A stretch of 64,000 nt of DNA, taken from NCBI GenBank assembly GCA_964016885.1, contig OZ024741.1:271436001-271500000 (forward strand), in the 5' to 3' direction. Position 1 is the first letter of the stretch; every line of letters begins with the position of its first letter. This document shows, piece by piece, positions 16,673 to 31,918 of the stretch. Position numbers and translations under genes: made by a program. The notes beneath the pieces are model-generated. The model did no database searches, was not told the DNA's origin, and saw only the letters and a list, made by a program, of their open reading frames with translations. The DNA comes from Eledone cirrhosa (lineage: Eukaryota).

Positions 16673-16861
16673 ACATTCGAACCACCACCATCATCATCAC
16701 CACAACCAACACCAACACCAACAACAACAACTACTGCTACTAACACCACCACCATCATCGCCACTTACATCGTTCCCGCCTCTGCCACCGCCACCGCCGC
16801 CATTTGCTGATTGGCATCGAGTATCTCTAATTAACAACGTTAGGTCTGGGTAACTCTGGTT

Positions 16862-17250
<389 letters not shown>

Positions 17251-19429
17251 TATTGCTATTATGTCCACCAGAACCTTATTTCATACCTCAACTGATCACA
17301 GAACTTCACACAATGTCTCTCAATATTTCTTCAGTATTCTCCAGATAGCTGATCATAAGAAACGATGATCGAGTCGGCCGATCGATCGGCAAAATACCAC
17401 ACCTGATTCACTTACCGAGTGGGGTGAAACTTGTTAAATTGGACCAAGGAAACAATGTTTCCATTCGTCTTTCCGTTGTTGATAATATCTACCGGTTGCA
17501 ATTTCTGGTAGAAAGAGCAACGTAAAATAAAGTATCTTGCTCAAGGGCATAACACATCGTCCGGTCCGGTAATCGAACTCACAACCTCACCATTACGAGT
17601 CGAGTTCTCTAACCACTCAGCACTAAGATGAGAGAACATAAAATTTACATAATTTAGTTAGTAGATATACCAGGGGCAATAACTTGTTTCACGTTATATA
17701 TAAGTTATTGCCCCTGATATTGTTGTATGTCTATTATTGGTGGTCGATTGGCAGTGTCGGTAGAGGATCTGACGCCATGCTTTGCAGCAAAGAGTTACGG
17801 TCCTTTATGGTCTGAGTTCAAATCCTGCCGAGGTTAACTTTGCCTTTCATCCTTACAGGGTCGATAAAATAAAGTACCAGTAATACACTGGGTAATTGCT
17901 GGCCTTGTGCCGAAAGTAGAAACAATTATTTTGCGTCCATCACATGCAAATAGACACACGCACACAAAAAAATATATGCTCGTACATACACACACAAACA
18001 TACATATATACACACATGTACACACACTCACTAGTGTACACGTCTATATATAATGTTTATGTTAGAAATGTCACTAACATAGCGTGGTTCATAATAGAGG
18101 GGTATATGAAAGAATGTACGATATGTGAATGTATATTGTTTCTACTTTTGGCACAAGGCCACCAATTTGAAGGAAAGGGTGATCGATTAAATTGACCCCA
18201 ATGCATTACTGGTACTTTATATTATTGACCAAGTAAGGATGAAAGATAAAGCTAACGTCGGCGGGATTTGAACTCAGAACATAAAGGGCTGTAACTATAT
18301 GTCATAAAGCATGTTGCTCGATGCTCTACCAATTACTGCCAATCCACTGCCTTGATATGTTAAACATACAAGAGTCTCACCATAATATTTTTTTAGCAAG
18401 ATCACATACACAAAAAACATATAGGGTTTAGTTTATACTTATTCCAGCACTGAGTAAATGTCACTGATGACAGATAACAATCCAGAAATAGTTATCTTGT
18501 ATTCTCAAGGCTAGAAAGAAAATTCATAGTGAGACTATTGTATATTTATTACACATAAAGATATTGTATATCCAAAATGTAAAATCCAAAATCCAGGCCC
18601 TTCTCACACCTGTTAGAGGGACCTCTTCCTGATTGACCTCCACCACTTCCTATCTCTGGCCATAGTGGACCACGTGGGGCCATCAGGTCAGATGATCGTG
18701 CCATCTGGCCCATGGCTGCTCTCTGGTTCTTCTCCACTGCCTTAGTGTCCACTCTGTCACTCTAATAGTCCACCTGTTGTCCCTGACATGAGAGACGTGG
18801 CCAGCCCATCTATGTTTGCCTTTCTTGGTGGTCGTCTCAAGCCAGTCTCCTGTCAAATCCAGGTGTTGCTCTTCCTGTCACATATATACTTTCATATAAA
18901 CCCCTATTATGAACCACACTATGTTTGTGCCTCTTCTAATTATCTCCCTTTCACAAGTCAAGTATGCACTATATGCAAATGAGCATTTCCAGCTGATGCT
19001 TGAAACACTAAAACCATATAGGCTTTCAATTATTATTCTCTCAATATTAAATGAGTAGACGTCACTGATGATGGATAAAAATCCAGAAATAGCTGGCTAG
19101 AATTCTCACCACCACTGAGGTAGCTGTGACATGATCACAGCTTAAAAAAAATAAAATCTTGCCAAGGTCAACATTGTTTTTCCTCCATAAAATAAGGAAG
19201 GTACCAGTCAAATACTAGGATCACACAAATTGCTGGCCTTGAGCCAAAATTAGAAATCATTATTATTATCAGGTTGGTGAATTGGCAGGATCAGTAGAGC
19301 ATCAGACAAAATGATTTATGGCATTTAATCACAACTTTCTAAGATCTGAGTTCAAATCCCACTAAGGTCAACTTTATATTTCATCCTTGTGCCAAAATTA
19401 GAAAGAATTATTATTTTCTTCTTTGCCTA

Positions 19430-20170
19430 CCTTATTCCTGGAAGCGTCATCGCAGGCAGAGTCCTCAAACACGCTTTCCAGCGAGTCCTGTCAGAAGTAA
19501 CTGTTTCCAACTGATCTGGCTGAGATCAGCCAAGCTCATGGATGTAATCCACCCATCTTACTCAGGGTATACACCTGGTCTCCTGCCGGCTGGTTTTGCT
19601 GGTAAAATCTGTCCAGTGATTCTTTCCTGAGACATCCTAACCACATGCCTGTAATATCAGAGCTGTGATCTCTCAATTTGGAGAAGTAGCAGTTCTACCT
19701 GGAGTGACTCCTGGGATTCTTTCCTGAAACATTCTTACCACATGCCCATAGTGTCAGAGCTGTGGCCTCACAATTCTGAGAAATAGCGACACTACCTGGA
19801 GTGACTCTTTCCTGAGACATTCTAACCACTGTGATCTCTTGATTCAGAGGAGTAATGGCTCTACCTGGAGTAACTCCAGCAATTCTTTCCTGAGACATTC
19901 TAACCACAAGTCCATAGTGCTGGAACTGTGATCTCTTGATTCAGAGGAGTAGTGGCTCTACCTGGAGTAACTCCAGCAATTCTTTCCTGAGACATTCTAA
20001 CCACAAGTCCATAGTGCTGGAACTGTGATCTCTTGATTCAGAGGAGTAGTGGCTCTACCTGGAGTAACTCCAGCAATTCTTTCCTGAGACATTCTAACCA
20101 CAAGTCCATAGTGCTGGAACTGTGATCTCTTGATTCAGAGAAGTAGTGGCTCTACCTGGAGTAACTCTCT
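19430..20170 (-). repeat. LINE 3' fragment amplified as a 97-bp tandem repeat
   Basis: Unit starts at 19861, 19958 and 20055. Minus strand reads IERSQL..HVVRMSQERI, similar to an RTE C-terminus. Confidence 0.7.
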
Positions 20171-20270
20171 GACCTCCGAGCTAAGCACTCTATTATTATT
20201 TATTTGTTTATTTTTTTATTTCATTTTTTTTTTCTAAACATGTTTTTTTTTTTCCATTTTCTCTTCTTAG

Positions 20271-20372
20271 TTGTTCAAATTCGAACCAGCCACCACAGAT
20301 TGTTCAGAAAATACTGGGAAGGAAGCTGAAGAAATGGATGACACGTCATTTCTTTCACGGTGTAATTGTTGA
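20271..20372 (+). CDS. Rab gene alternative last exon C, ending in a CXC prenylation motif
   Basis: Long polypyrimidine tract ...ttttctcttcttAG, phase 0. Translates LFKFEPATTDCSENTGKEAEEMDDTSFLSRCNC*. Confidence 0.75.
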   Translation: MFKFEPATTDCSENTGKEAEEMDDTSFLSRCNC

Positions 20373-20715
20373 ACTAACGAACTGACAAACCAAACAAACA
20401 AACAATCAAACAAACAATCAAACAAATAAAAGTGAACAATAAACAAAAACAAATACAAATCAAAATGGCTGCCACCGAGCCACACCAGACACACTCTACT
20501 GCTGATGGCGTTGTTGTTGTTGTTGTGTGGTTGTTGTTGTTGTTGTTGTTGCTGTTGTTGTTTTTATTGCTGATGTTGTTGTTGTTGATGTGCTGTTGTT
20601 GTTGTTGTTGATGTGTTTTTATTGCTGATGTTGTTGTTGCTGATGTGCTGTTGTCGTTGTTGTTGTTGTTGTTACCATTGATTAGTTGTTGTTGTTGTTG
20701 TTGTTGTTGTTGATG

Positions 20716-20752
<37 letters not shown>

Positions 20753-21227
20753 GATGATGTATTGTTGTTGTTGTGCTGTTTTTGTTGTTGTTGTTGCTGA
20801 TATTGCTGCAGTTGTCGATGTTCTTGTTATTACTATTGTTGTTTTTATTGCTGCTGTTGTTGTTGTTCATGTTCTTACTCTTCGCCGTGGTGGTGGTGTT
20901 GGTGGTGGTGGCGATAATGGTGTGTAGTGGTGGTGGTGGTGGTACGCTGGTGGTGGTAGTGCTGCTGCTGCTGGTAGTGGTGGTGGTGGTGGTGATGTGT
21001 AGCGGTGGTGAAGGTGGCAGTGGGAAGTGATGCTATAAGGGTGTTGCTGGGGTGTTTCTTGTTTTGTTATTGTTCTGGCAATTGTTGTTGTAGTTGTTGT
21101 TGTTGTTGTTTAGCTTTGATCTAGCAAACCTCTTTATAAAAAACAGTATTCCATTAAATAAACTAACCTGTCATTTCCTGGGAGAAAAGGGGGAGCAGTG
21201 GGATGTATATGTGTGTGTATGTTATAT

Positions 21228-21277
<50 letters not shown>

Positions 21278-21504
21278 ATGTGTGTGTGTGTTTATATATA
21301 TATGTTTATATATATATATATATATATATATCTAAGGCGGGTAAAATTCCCGAGATCCATGGACGAGTTCTCTCCAGCGGTCTCTGTCCCTCATTATCGC
21401 TGCCATATCCTGCATCTCCAACAGACCAGTGTCTGTCCTTAGGGCATCAACATATGTTAACCTTGGTCTTCCTCTTCTAGTGTGTCCATGTAGGGGCTCC
21501 CAAA

Positions 21505-22797
<1,293 letters not shown>

Positions 22798-22843
22798 AAA
22801 TAAAATAAAATAAATAAGTCAAATATTTAAAATTTTGTTTATT

Positions 22844-22898
22844 ACTGCTATATATATTTCGGTAACAGCCATCTTTGGCTGTGACCTCTTCAGGCAGT
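22844..22898 (-). ncRNA. Minimal type-I hammerhead ribozyme
   Basis: Minus strand ACTGC-CTGAAGA-GGTCACAGCCA AAGA TGGCTGTTACC-GAAA-TATATATA-GCAGT; all stems pair. Confidence 0.85.
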
Positions 22899-23090
22899 CC
22901 AAATTAGTGTGGTAGAGACGAGTGGACATGTTGTTGAAGTGTTAACTTTGTCAATACTCTGATATGCCCAGTTCCTGGTTGGGTTGTTGTTTCTATGAGG
23001 AACTGGCGTCATATATACATATATATATATATATCTATATTCCAAACCCATGCAAGCGTGGAAGATGGATGTTAAACGATGATGATGATG

Positions 23091-23294
23091 ATATTTATTA
23101 AAATAACAGATTAAAGTTTAAGCAAAGAATCGCTGCTTTCACCCTAAATGTTTAGGGTGAAAGCAGCGATTCTTTGCTTAAACGTTAATCTGTTATTTTA
23201 ACAAATATTTGCTCTATGGTTCTTATATATTTGATATATATTTATCCTTATCAAGCCCTCTTTGGATTTTAGTCTTCAAATTTATTATTATTAC

Positions 23295-23295
<1 letters not shown>
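23091..23295 (+). mobile_element. Fold-back insert (same family as 15463-15700)
   Basis: Palindrome 23091-23208 centred on ccctaaa-tg-tttaggg, plus tail. Confidence 0.75.
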
Positions 23296-23326
<31 letters not shown>

Positions 23327-23472
23327 CATATATATATATATACATACACATATATATATATATATATGTACATATTGAAACGTTAAGACCCTCTTCCTGC
23401 TATATCAAGCGTTAACCTAATATATCCCTTCCATATACTGTACCAATTGTGTTGTTATTTCTGTTTACCTTT

Positions 23473-23533
<61 letters not shown>

Positions 23534-23542
23534 ATATATATA

Positions 23543-23645
23543 TACTGGGTGTCCCCCAAAATGTATACACACTTTGATTACCTGTACAGTCAATATTTAT
23601 TAGAATGCCGTTGAAGTGTGTATACATTTTTGGGGTACACTCTGT
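23543..23645. mobile_element. Tc1/mariner-type MITE
   Basis: TIRs tactgggtgtcccccaaaatgtatacacactt / aagtgtgtatacatttttggggtacactctgt. Confidence 0.65.
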
Positions 23646-23653
23646 GTGTGTAT

Positions 23654-23695
<42 letters not shown>

Positions 23696-24566
23696 AATTA
23701 TATATATATTGTTTTTGTTGTTGTTGTTTCGATTTTCGTGGGTATGTAGAATAACTAGATTGTCATTCCTTTTGTTGTTTATGATGATGATGATGTTTGA
23801 ACTCTGAGCAGAACATCATCATCCTCATCATCATCATCTTCCTCACCATAGCCATCATCAACATATTCGTCATCATCATCATGACCTTCATCCTCATTAC
23901 CATCAACACCATCAGCAACACCACAGTTATTATCATCATCATCATAACTATCATCATTATCACCATCATCATCCTCAACACCACCACCATCATCATCACC
24001 ATCACTACCATCCTCACCATCACCACCGCCATCATCATCACCACCATCTTCATCATCATCACCTTCACCATCATTATCACCAACACCACCAACACCACCA
24101 CCATCATCATCACCACCACTATTTTCCAAACTATGATAATTGAAGAAGAATTCAGAACATTCTGGGAGAGACCCTAATTTTCAATAATTCTGAGGTGAAG
24201 GTCAGGATAAATATATCGGTAAATTGTTTTCTAAATTTGAGGGCGTCCCATTGAAAAGTAGGGGGAGCTGTGCCATCTGGTGCCCCCATTTCTCTTGGCA
24301 ACAGGTCTGCAATTGTTCAACCCAAAAGAAATCCTACAGGCCTCTATATTGTGGCCTGAATATATAAAGAAAAAAAATGTTGTTTTTTTTTTGGGGGGGG
24401 GGGTTCTCCCCAGTCTGCACAAAAGCAATTGAACTGTATGCCCCTCAAGTCCACCCCTCCCCCATCTAATATTAACTGGAAGTAAAGATATACTACACCC
24501 CTTCATTTTAGACAGGGAGGAACTAGGCTGCTGATAATGAAGATCTTGTCATCATTGGTGGCTCGC

Positions 24567-25810
24567 CTTACTAAGGTATCAGGTGATGCCCGTGGGGGTA
24601 CTTGGTTATTCCAGCACCTTGGTCTCGCTATCACTCAGCCTTACTGAGGTATCAAGTGATGCCCGTGGGGGTACTTGGTTGTTCCAGCACCTTGGTCTCG
24701 CTATCACTCAGCCTTACTGAGGTATCAGGTGATGCCCGTGGGGGTACTTGGTTGTTCCAGCACCTTGGTCTCGCTATCACTCAGCCTTACTGAGGTATCA
24801 GGTGATGCCCGTGGGGGTACTTGGTTGTTCCAGCACCTTGGTCTCGCTATCACTCAGCCTTACTGAGGTATCAAGTGATGGCCATTGGAGGTACTTGGTT
24901 GTTCCAGCACCTTAGTCTCGCTATCACTCAGCCTTACTGAGGTATCAAGTGATGGCCATTGGAGGTACTTGGTTGTTCCAGCACCTTTGTCTTGCTATCA
25001 CTCAGCCTTACTGAGGTATCAAGTGATGGCCATTGGGGGTGCTTGGTTGTTCCAGCACCTTTGTCTTGCTATCACTCAGCCTTACTGAGGTATCAAGTGA
25101 TGGCCATTGGGGGTGCTTGGTTGTTCCAGCACCTTTGTCTCGCTATCACTCAGCCTTACTGAGATATCAAGTGATGGCCATTAGGGGTGCTTGGTTGTTC
25201 CAGCACCTTAGTCTCGCTATCACTCAGCCTTACTGAGATATCAAGTGATGGCCATTAGGGGTGCTTGGTTGTTCCAGCACCTTAGTCTCGCTATCACTCA
25301 GCCTTACTGAGATATCAAGTGATGGCCATTGGGGGTGCTTGGTTGTTCCAGCACCTTTGTCTCGCTATCACTCAGCCTTACTGAGGTATCAAGTGATGCC
25401 CATTGGGGTACTTGGTTGTTCCAGCACCTTAGTCTCGCTATCACTCAACCTTACTAAGATATCAAGTGATGGCCATTGGGGGTGCTTGGTTGTTCCAGCA
25501 CCTTAGTCTTGCTATCACTCAACCTTACTAAGGTATCAGGTGATGGCCGTGGGAGTACTTGGTTGTTCCAGCACCTTAGTCTCGCTATCACTCAACCTTA
25601 CTGAGTTATCAAGTGATGCCCATTGGGGGTACTTGGTTGTTCCAACACCTTAGTCTCGCTATCACTCAGCCTTACTGAGGAATCAGGTGATGCCCGTTGG
25701 GGGTGCTTGGTTGTTCCAGCACCTTGGTCTCGCTATCACTCAGCTTTACTGAGGTATCAGGGGATGCTTCTGATGAGGGTGGCTGGTTGTTTCAACACCT
25801 TAGCCTTACT
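24567..25810. repeat. 73-74-bp minisatellite, about 16-17 copies
   Basis: Unit ccttactgaggtatcaagtgatg...cttggttgttccagcaccttggtctcgctatcactcag. Confidence 0.95.
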
Positions 25811-25939
25811 ATCATCTGCAATAACACTGCCAGTGTATTGGCTTGCTTTAAAAAGTATTAGAGGGAGACTGCCAAATCTATACCCATTTGTATTTATTGA
25901 TTTAACAAGTGTTTGCAGTAGAGATATACAACATTCCAT

Positions 25940-26340
25940 CATTTTAGGTGAAAGTTAAGATGTATCACATCCTTTCATTTTAGGTGGAAGTTAAGATATT
26001 ATTTATAAAAATATATAGATATACTGAAACAAAACCAAACCAAACAGTGAGTGTGGTTTACTATTTTGGGCAATATTAGGACAACATGACCCTCCCTAAC
26101 TATAATAAGATATACCACATCCTTTCATTTTAGGCAGAAGTTAAAATATATCATATCTCTTCATTTTAGATGGAAGTTAAGATATATCACATCCTTTCAT
26201 TTTAGGTGGAAGTTAAGATAAATCACATCCCTTCATTTTAGGCGGAAATTAAGATATTCCACATCTCTTTCCTATAGGCAGAAGTTAAGATATATCTTAT
26301 TCTTATCCCTCCATTTTAGGTGGAAGTTAAGATATAGTTC
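25940..26340. repeat. Degenerate tandem repeat of about 36-38 bp
   Basis: Recurring tttaggtggaagttaagatatatcacatcctttcat. Confidence 0.75.
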
Positions 26341-27601
26341 AATTCCTTTTAGACTGAGGTTCAACAAGAACAATGTGTGTGTGTGTATATGTAGATGTAA
26401 ATGTACATGTTGTTGTTTTGTTGTTTTTGTTACTGTTGTTGTTGCATCCCACAAGACAAGTGAAATGCAAGGAAGACATCCTTAAAGCCACTATCCAGAC
26501 TGAAGCTTACAACAGGGTCATATGTGCACATGTGCACCACTAATATGCACAGCATGCACAATATTTACAATAAAATATTTATTCATGGCATGTAACAATC
26601 ATTTGTGAAGAGTTTTGTGAAATTTTATCATTAATTTATGTGAGTGTATTAAAATAAGATATATTTTATATAAAAATACTATATATTTCATTACACACAC
26701 TCACGAGTATATGTATGTATACATATATATATATATATTTATTTAGGTTTGTTGGTTTACCACTGGATAGAACTGATCATTCCGTATGGTCAACCTCGAT
26801 GTAATATTATGGAGAGCACTCAACGTAATGGAACTCACCCGTCTTCGTTTGTGTAGTTGGTGGTGCGAGTACAGAGTTAATTATTATAAAATAACAGGAG
26901 GCTGGACTGGTGTAATTCCTTAATAAACCTTATAATTATACTATATGGTTTATTATACTTTATGTACCATAAATTGTTTTTTTGATTCAGTCTACAGACT
27001 GTATTTAAATTTTTTCAAACCATTCAAACCAAGTTTACTAATCCATTACTTCTTCGCCCACTTATTCCTGGGAGGGTTGTGAAGGCAGAGTCATCAAGCA
27101 CACTTTCCAGTGGGTTCTGTCAGAAACAACTGTTTCCAATTGATCCAGCTGGATCCCAAACAAGACCAGCTGAGTTCATGGATGTTATCCAACCATTTTG
27201 CTTGGGGTCTACCTCTGGGTTTCCTGCCAGTTGGTTTTGCCCGTAACATCTGTCCTACAATATATCATGTTATCCAAGGGAAAGGCTGATAGTTTGGCAT
27301 CAATGTCATCTTTATGTACATTTCTTCTTCTATATCCACTTATTCCTGAGAGGGTCATAGGGTAGAGTCCTCAAACACACCTTCCAGAAGATCCTGTCAG
27401 AAACAACTGTTTCTGGAATTTTATTTTTCACTGCTATCATATCATATATGTTTTCATATACACCTCTATTATGACCCATGCTATGTTAGTGTTACAGCTA
27501 ATTAATCCTGGCCAGTCAACTTCTCTATATGCAAATAAGCATCACCAGCAAATGTGTTTATATGCCTATTCTCTAGACTTTAGCTTATTCTCGTCTTGTA
27601 T

Positions 27602-28030
27602 TTAGGCTGTTCTTTTTAGAAGACAGTTGTGTAAGTATATTCCACTTTTCAGTGGTACATAAATAATAAGTTTTGCTCCATTAATGAAGGGTGTGAATTT
27701 TTCCAGTATTTTCCATTTTATGGAGAACTCTGTGCTGTTTTCTTTGAAGTTCTTCACATGGTTTGCGAGCTTAGTGGTATGCCTTATGTCAGGATGTTTG
27801 AAGGTCATTTTATGGTTCAAGAAATGGCTTTTGAAATGGCTCTCTCACATACCTACATATGTCCAGGCTTCTGTTTGGTGGAGGTCACGTCAGCTTCACA
27901 TATCACCACTGAAGTGTTGCACTGTTGGTCAAGGTGACATGCTTCTGGCCTACATGAGCATGCAGAAGGTGGAAGATTCTTATGTTTATTTTTGATGCAA
28001 GATTTGATATTTTTAATAGTGTTTGGCAGT
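27602..28030 (-). pseudogene. Decayed Penelope-like GIY-YIG endonuclease fragment
   Basis: TYVGM*ESHFKSHFLNHKMTFKHP..TKLANHVKNFKE..FSIKWKILEK, homologous to 56577-56978. Confidence 0.65.
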
Positions 28031-28424
28031 TAAATATCTGACAGTATTGGTGGCCTACAGCAAAGTGTGAATCCAAAAATAGGCTGTGCTACTAGTTATA
28101 CCAAATCAACCACTAGAGATGGAAAAAAAATGGACAGCATTGCTTGAGGGACTCAAATTCCTGCCATATGCCAGGCAGCTTTGATGCCAGTTATACCAAA
28201 GCAGAATCACAAATTTCCCCCATTATTATTTCATTTTATTGACCCTTGAAGGATGCGAGGCAAAGTTGACTATGGTAGGATTTGAACTCAGAATATAAAA
28301 GGGGCCAGAATAATTACTGAAAAGCATTTGTCTTAGCTCTAATTATTATGCCAAATAATAATGATAATAATAATAATTGTTTCTACTTTTGGCACAAGGC
28401 CAGCAATTACCCAGTGTATTACTA

Positions 28425-29130
28425 ATGACAAATCAGTGAATCCCCACTTTGTAGACTGTGTAGTGAGAAAGGTGAGACAATAAACCACATTATGAGGGAA
28501 TGTAAGATTCTTGCTCACAAAGAGTACAAGAGAAGGCACGACAACATTGTGAGATTGGTTCACTGGAAGTTCTGTCATAAGTATGACATGAGCAAAAGTA
28601 AGAAATGGTATGAACACCAACCGGAAAGGGTGGCTGAAAATGAACAGTATAAGATCTTGTGGGACATGACCATCCAGTGCGACCATTTTATCGTGGGTAG
28701 AAAGCCTGACATTGTTGTTGTAGAAAAGAAGAATAACAAGACATGTATTGTGGATATTACTTCACCATGGGACCACAGGATGAATGAGAAGAAAATTGAG
28801 AAAGTTGAGAAACACCAGCAACTGAAGAGAGAAGTCAGGAAACTGTGGAGAATCAGACATGTTGAAGTAGTACCGATTGTGGTTGGTACACTGGGAGCAG
28901 TTAGTAAAAGGTTGGATACATGGCTTGAGAAGCTAGGAATTACCACCAGGACAGGATTGTTGCAGAAAACAGCCTTGCTGGGAACAACAAGGATTCTAAG
29001 GAAGGTGTTGGAAAGTTGGAGAAGAAGGAATGACCCAAATGACCTTTGGCCATTGTCTATGGCTCGCTCTTTTGGTATAGTGTTGGTATAACATCTGCCA
29101 GCACAAAAGTGTTATGAGTAATAATAATAA
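28425..29130 (+). mobile_element. R4/Dong-like non-LTR 3' fragment (CCHC + RLE)
   Basis: CRLC..HIMREC..YKRRHD, KPDIVV, IVDITSP, PIVVGTLG; (TAA)n tail. Confidence 0.8.
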
Positions 29131-30039
29131 TAATTGTTTCTACTTTAAACACAAGGCCAGCAATTTGAAGAGGAGGGGAAAATCGATTAAATCAACCCTA
29201 GATCATTACTGGTACTTTATTTCATCGACCCTGTAAGGATGAAAGGTAAAGCTAACCTCAGCGGGATTTAAACTCAGAACATAAAGGGCCATAACTTTAT
29301 GCTGCAAAGCATGGTTAATAATAATTTAAAGTGGAAACTGAAAAGGATGTAGAACTGTCATGAGATCAAGGTTGTCCCCATCATCATAAGAGCACTAGGT
29401 ACTATCTTGAAGAACTTCCAAGGTTGGTTAAAGAACATTACCCCAGGCCCCATTTTTGGAATACTTCAGCCTACTGGGAACAGCAAGGACCCTCTGATAT
29501 ATCCTGAATACCTATGGCTGCAGGTAGCAGCTTGATGTTCATTAGAACAAATTTTCTGGTTAAATAACAACAATGACTGAGATATCAAAGTAATAATAAA
29601 CATAACTTGATAGATAATCAATTAAATGATCTAGTGTTAATAAGATCATCACTGTGCAAATGACTAAATAATAATGATGATGATGATGATGCTATCTGGT
29701 CAAACATGCCATACAATGTTTTAAAAAAATATTAATGCAGAGGAAACCAGGATTCCGTAAGCTGTAGCAAATGGAACATGTAAAGGAGAGAAGTAACTTT
29801 GAATAAAAACCTGATAAAGGCAACCTATTTAGTGTTGGTTGGATGATAAAATATACCCTGTTCATGGTGTAAAGTGGTTGATGATAGAAAGGCATCCAGC
29901 TAGTAACACCATACCAAAACTACCATAAGTATAGCATCATGAACAGTAGAGATATTTTGAATTCTAATGGTATGTAAAAGAGACAACATATAAAAGACAA
30001 GGCATTATTAGTAAAAGACCTGAAGAAGTAACCAACATT

Positions 30040-30270
30040 CAACAAATATGGACTGAAAAGGAGCGCACTGGTCACCACTGAGACCTCAGGTATCCTCGGA
30101 CCCCATGCAGCTGAGCTACTCCATATATTTCTGAATGTCAGCAGAGCATCTGAGATAGGATGCCCCGCTAGGTGGGGTGGCTGTTGCAGCGGGTATCATT
30201 GTCGATTGTCTGCGGAAATATCTTTGCAGTTTTGTCCGCAGAGCACAGCCGAAACACTGCTCTGACCTAG
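30040..30270 (+). mobile_element. Decayed CRE-like 3' fragment
   Basis: ETSGILGP..WLLQRVSLSIVCGN, similar to 8846-9000. Confidence 0.55.
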
Positions 30271-30769
30271 GTGTAGACTTTGTCACCCTCTCCCCTTACC
30301 CCACTCCTTCTTCCATGGCCTAATAGTTCTTGCTCTTTCCTTCCTTTTCTTCTCATTTATGGCATTTATAGTCCTTTCCTCTACTTTCCTATACAGAAAG
30401 ATCTGCCCTTCTTTACCCCTTCCCTCCATTTTTTTTGCATTATTTATATAATTAATTATGAAAACTTAATAAATTATTTACAAAAGAAAAAAACAAGTGA
30501 GCTGTGGCTATTTCTGCAGTGGGAAAGAAAGAATGGAAATTTCATAAATTCAACAAAACATTGCCAAGAGATATCGACTAAAATAGGGTTTATGGTCAGT
30601 GTTGTTTATGGGTTTATTAGCTGACCCACCCTGTAAAGTGATAGTGCTGATGCTATGATATAAAGCATCCAGGCCACTCTGTAATATGATAGTGCTGATG
30701 TTATAAAATACACCCAGTCCACTCTGTAAAGTGGTAGTGCTGGTGCCATGATAAAAGGCACAGTTTACA

Positions 30770-31210
30770 TCGGACTGGGTCCCAAAACAGATATATGGTG
30801 AACTCATACATGGAAAGGACCCCCAGCATAAACTAAAGCAACAATTTAAGGACTGTGTAAAGTCCTCTTTGAAATATATAAGGACAACTGAGAAAGAAAT
30901 GCTTTTCATCATCGCAAATGGAGAAAATGAATATAGGATGGAGCAGATGTTTTTGAAAAAGTATGCACTTCTCAGACAGAATTTAAATGAGCTGCACAAA
31001 AATACACAAAAAATGATGTGGGTAGTGTAAACTTAGTTTGTGGAATTTGTGGTTGTTTGTCTTTCCAAGGTTGGCCTGAGTAGTCAATAATGTATTCATG
31101 TGACCAGGCAAAAAGTTGACTACATTATAAATTCATGACAATAGATAGCATAACATCCAGTTCGTGTAGGAAGGTCTGCCACAGTTTAAGACCCTCATCG
31201 GTCACTAATG
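30770..31210 (+). mobile_element. Decayed RTE fragment (same family as 33052-35345)
   Basis: PKQ.YGEL..GK.P.HK.K..FKD.VK remnants. Confidence 0.5.
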
Positions 31211-31224
31211 ACCAAGGTTTTGCA

Positions 31225-31487
31225 CCTAGAAAGTTTCACTCCGAGGCAGAAGCCTGAGCATACCAGTCTCCCCTCTCCACACCACCAATGTTGTCCAAGG
31301 GAAAGGTAATGGCCGATACAGCTCGGCACTAGTGACATCACAACTCATTTCTACAGCTGAGTGAACTGGAGCAATGTGAAATAAAGTGTCTTGCTCAAGG
31401 ACACAACACACCACCCGGTCCGAAAATCAAACTCACAACCTCTCAATTGTAAGCCCAATGCTCTAACCACTAAGCCAAGCGCCTTCA
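31225..31487 (-). mobile_element. tRNA-derived SINE (family 2)
   Basis: Head TGGCTTAGTGGTTAG..GTGAGTTTGATT and core tgtgtccttgagcaagacact. Related copies at about 17390-17620, 52878-53093 and 58060-58207 (all on -). Confidence 0.75.
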
Positions 31488-31918
31488 TAGACACAGTACA
31501 ATCCATCAAAATATAATTGTATCATAGTAATGTGCATGTATGTAGCTGTGTTTGTTAAGTCAAGCTAATCTATACGTCAGAATACACTTCTATATATTGA
31601 TGTGTAAAGCAGCAAATTTGGCAGAATTGTTAGACCATCAGATAGAATATTGTGTGGTATTTGTTTTGGTTTCCTGCACTCTCAGTTCAAATCCAGCAGT
31701 GATCAACTTTGCCTTTCATCATTTTGAGGTCACTAAAATAAGTACCAGTCCAATACTGAGGCTGATTCTTCCCCTATTTTTCACTTCCTCACTCTCTTTT
31801 ATGGAAGAATTTGTCTGTTTTCAGACCTGGAGAGGGGATGAACGCCACCAATTATAAAATGGCCAAAACACACCCCTACTACTCCATTAGGAGTTACAGG
31901 CTTATCCACACACACACA

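Noticed and set aside
17671-17716. 15-bp-arm hairpin as a functional RNA
   Set aside because: More likely a collapsed MITE TIR pair; too short to call.
27844-27850. In-frame TGA in a PLE endonuclease as possible selenocysteine (some Naiad PLEs encode Sec)
   Set aside because: The copy is heavily decayed with frameshifts and no SECIS was recognised. The better-preserved PLEs at 56.6 and 61.5 kb use ordinary Cys codons.
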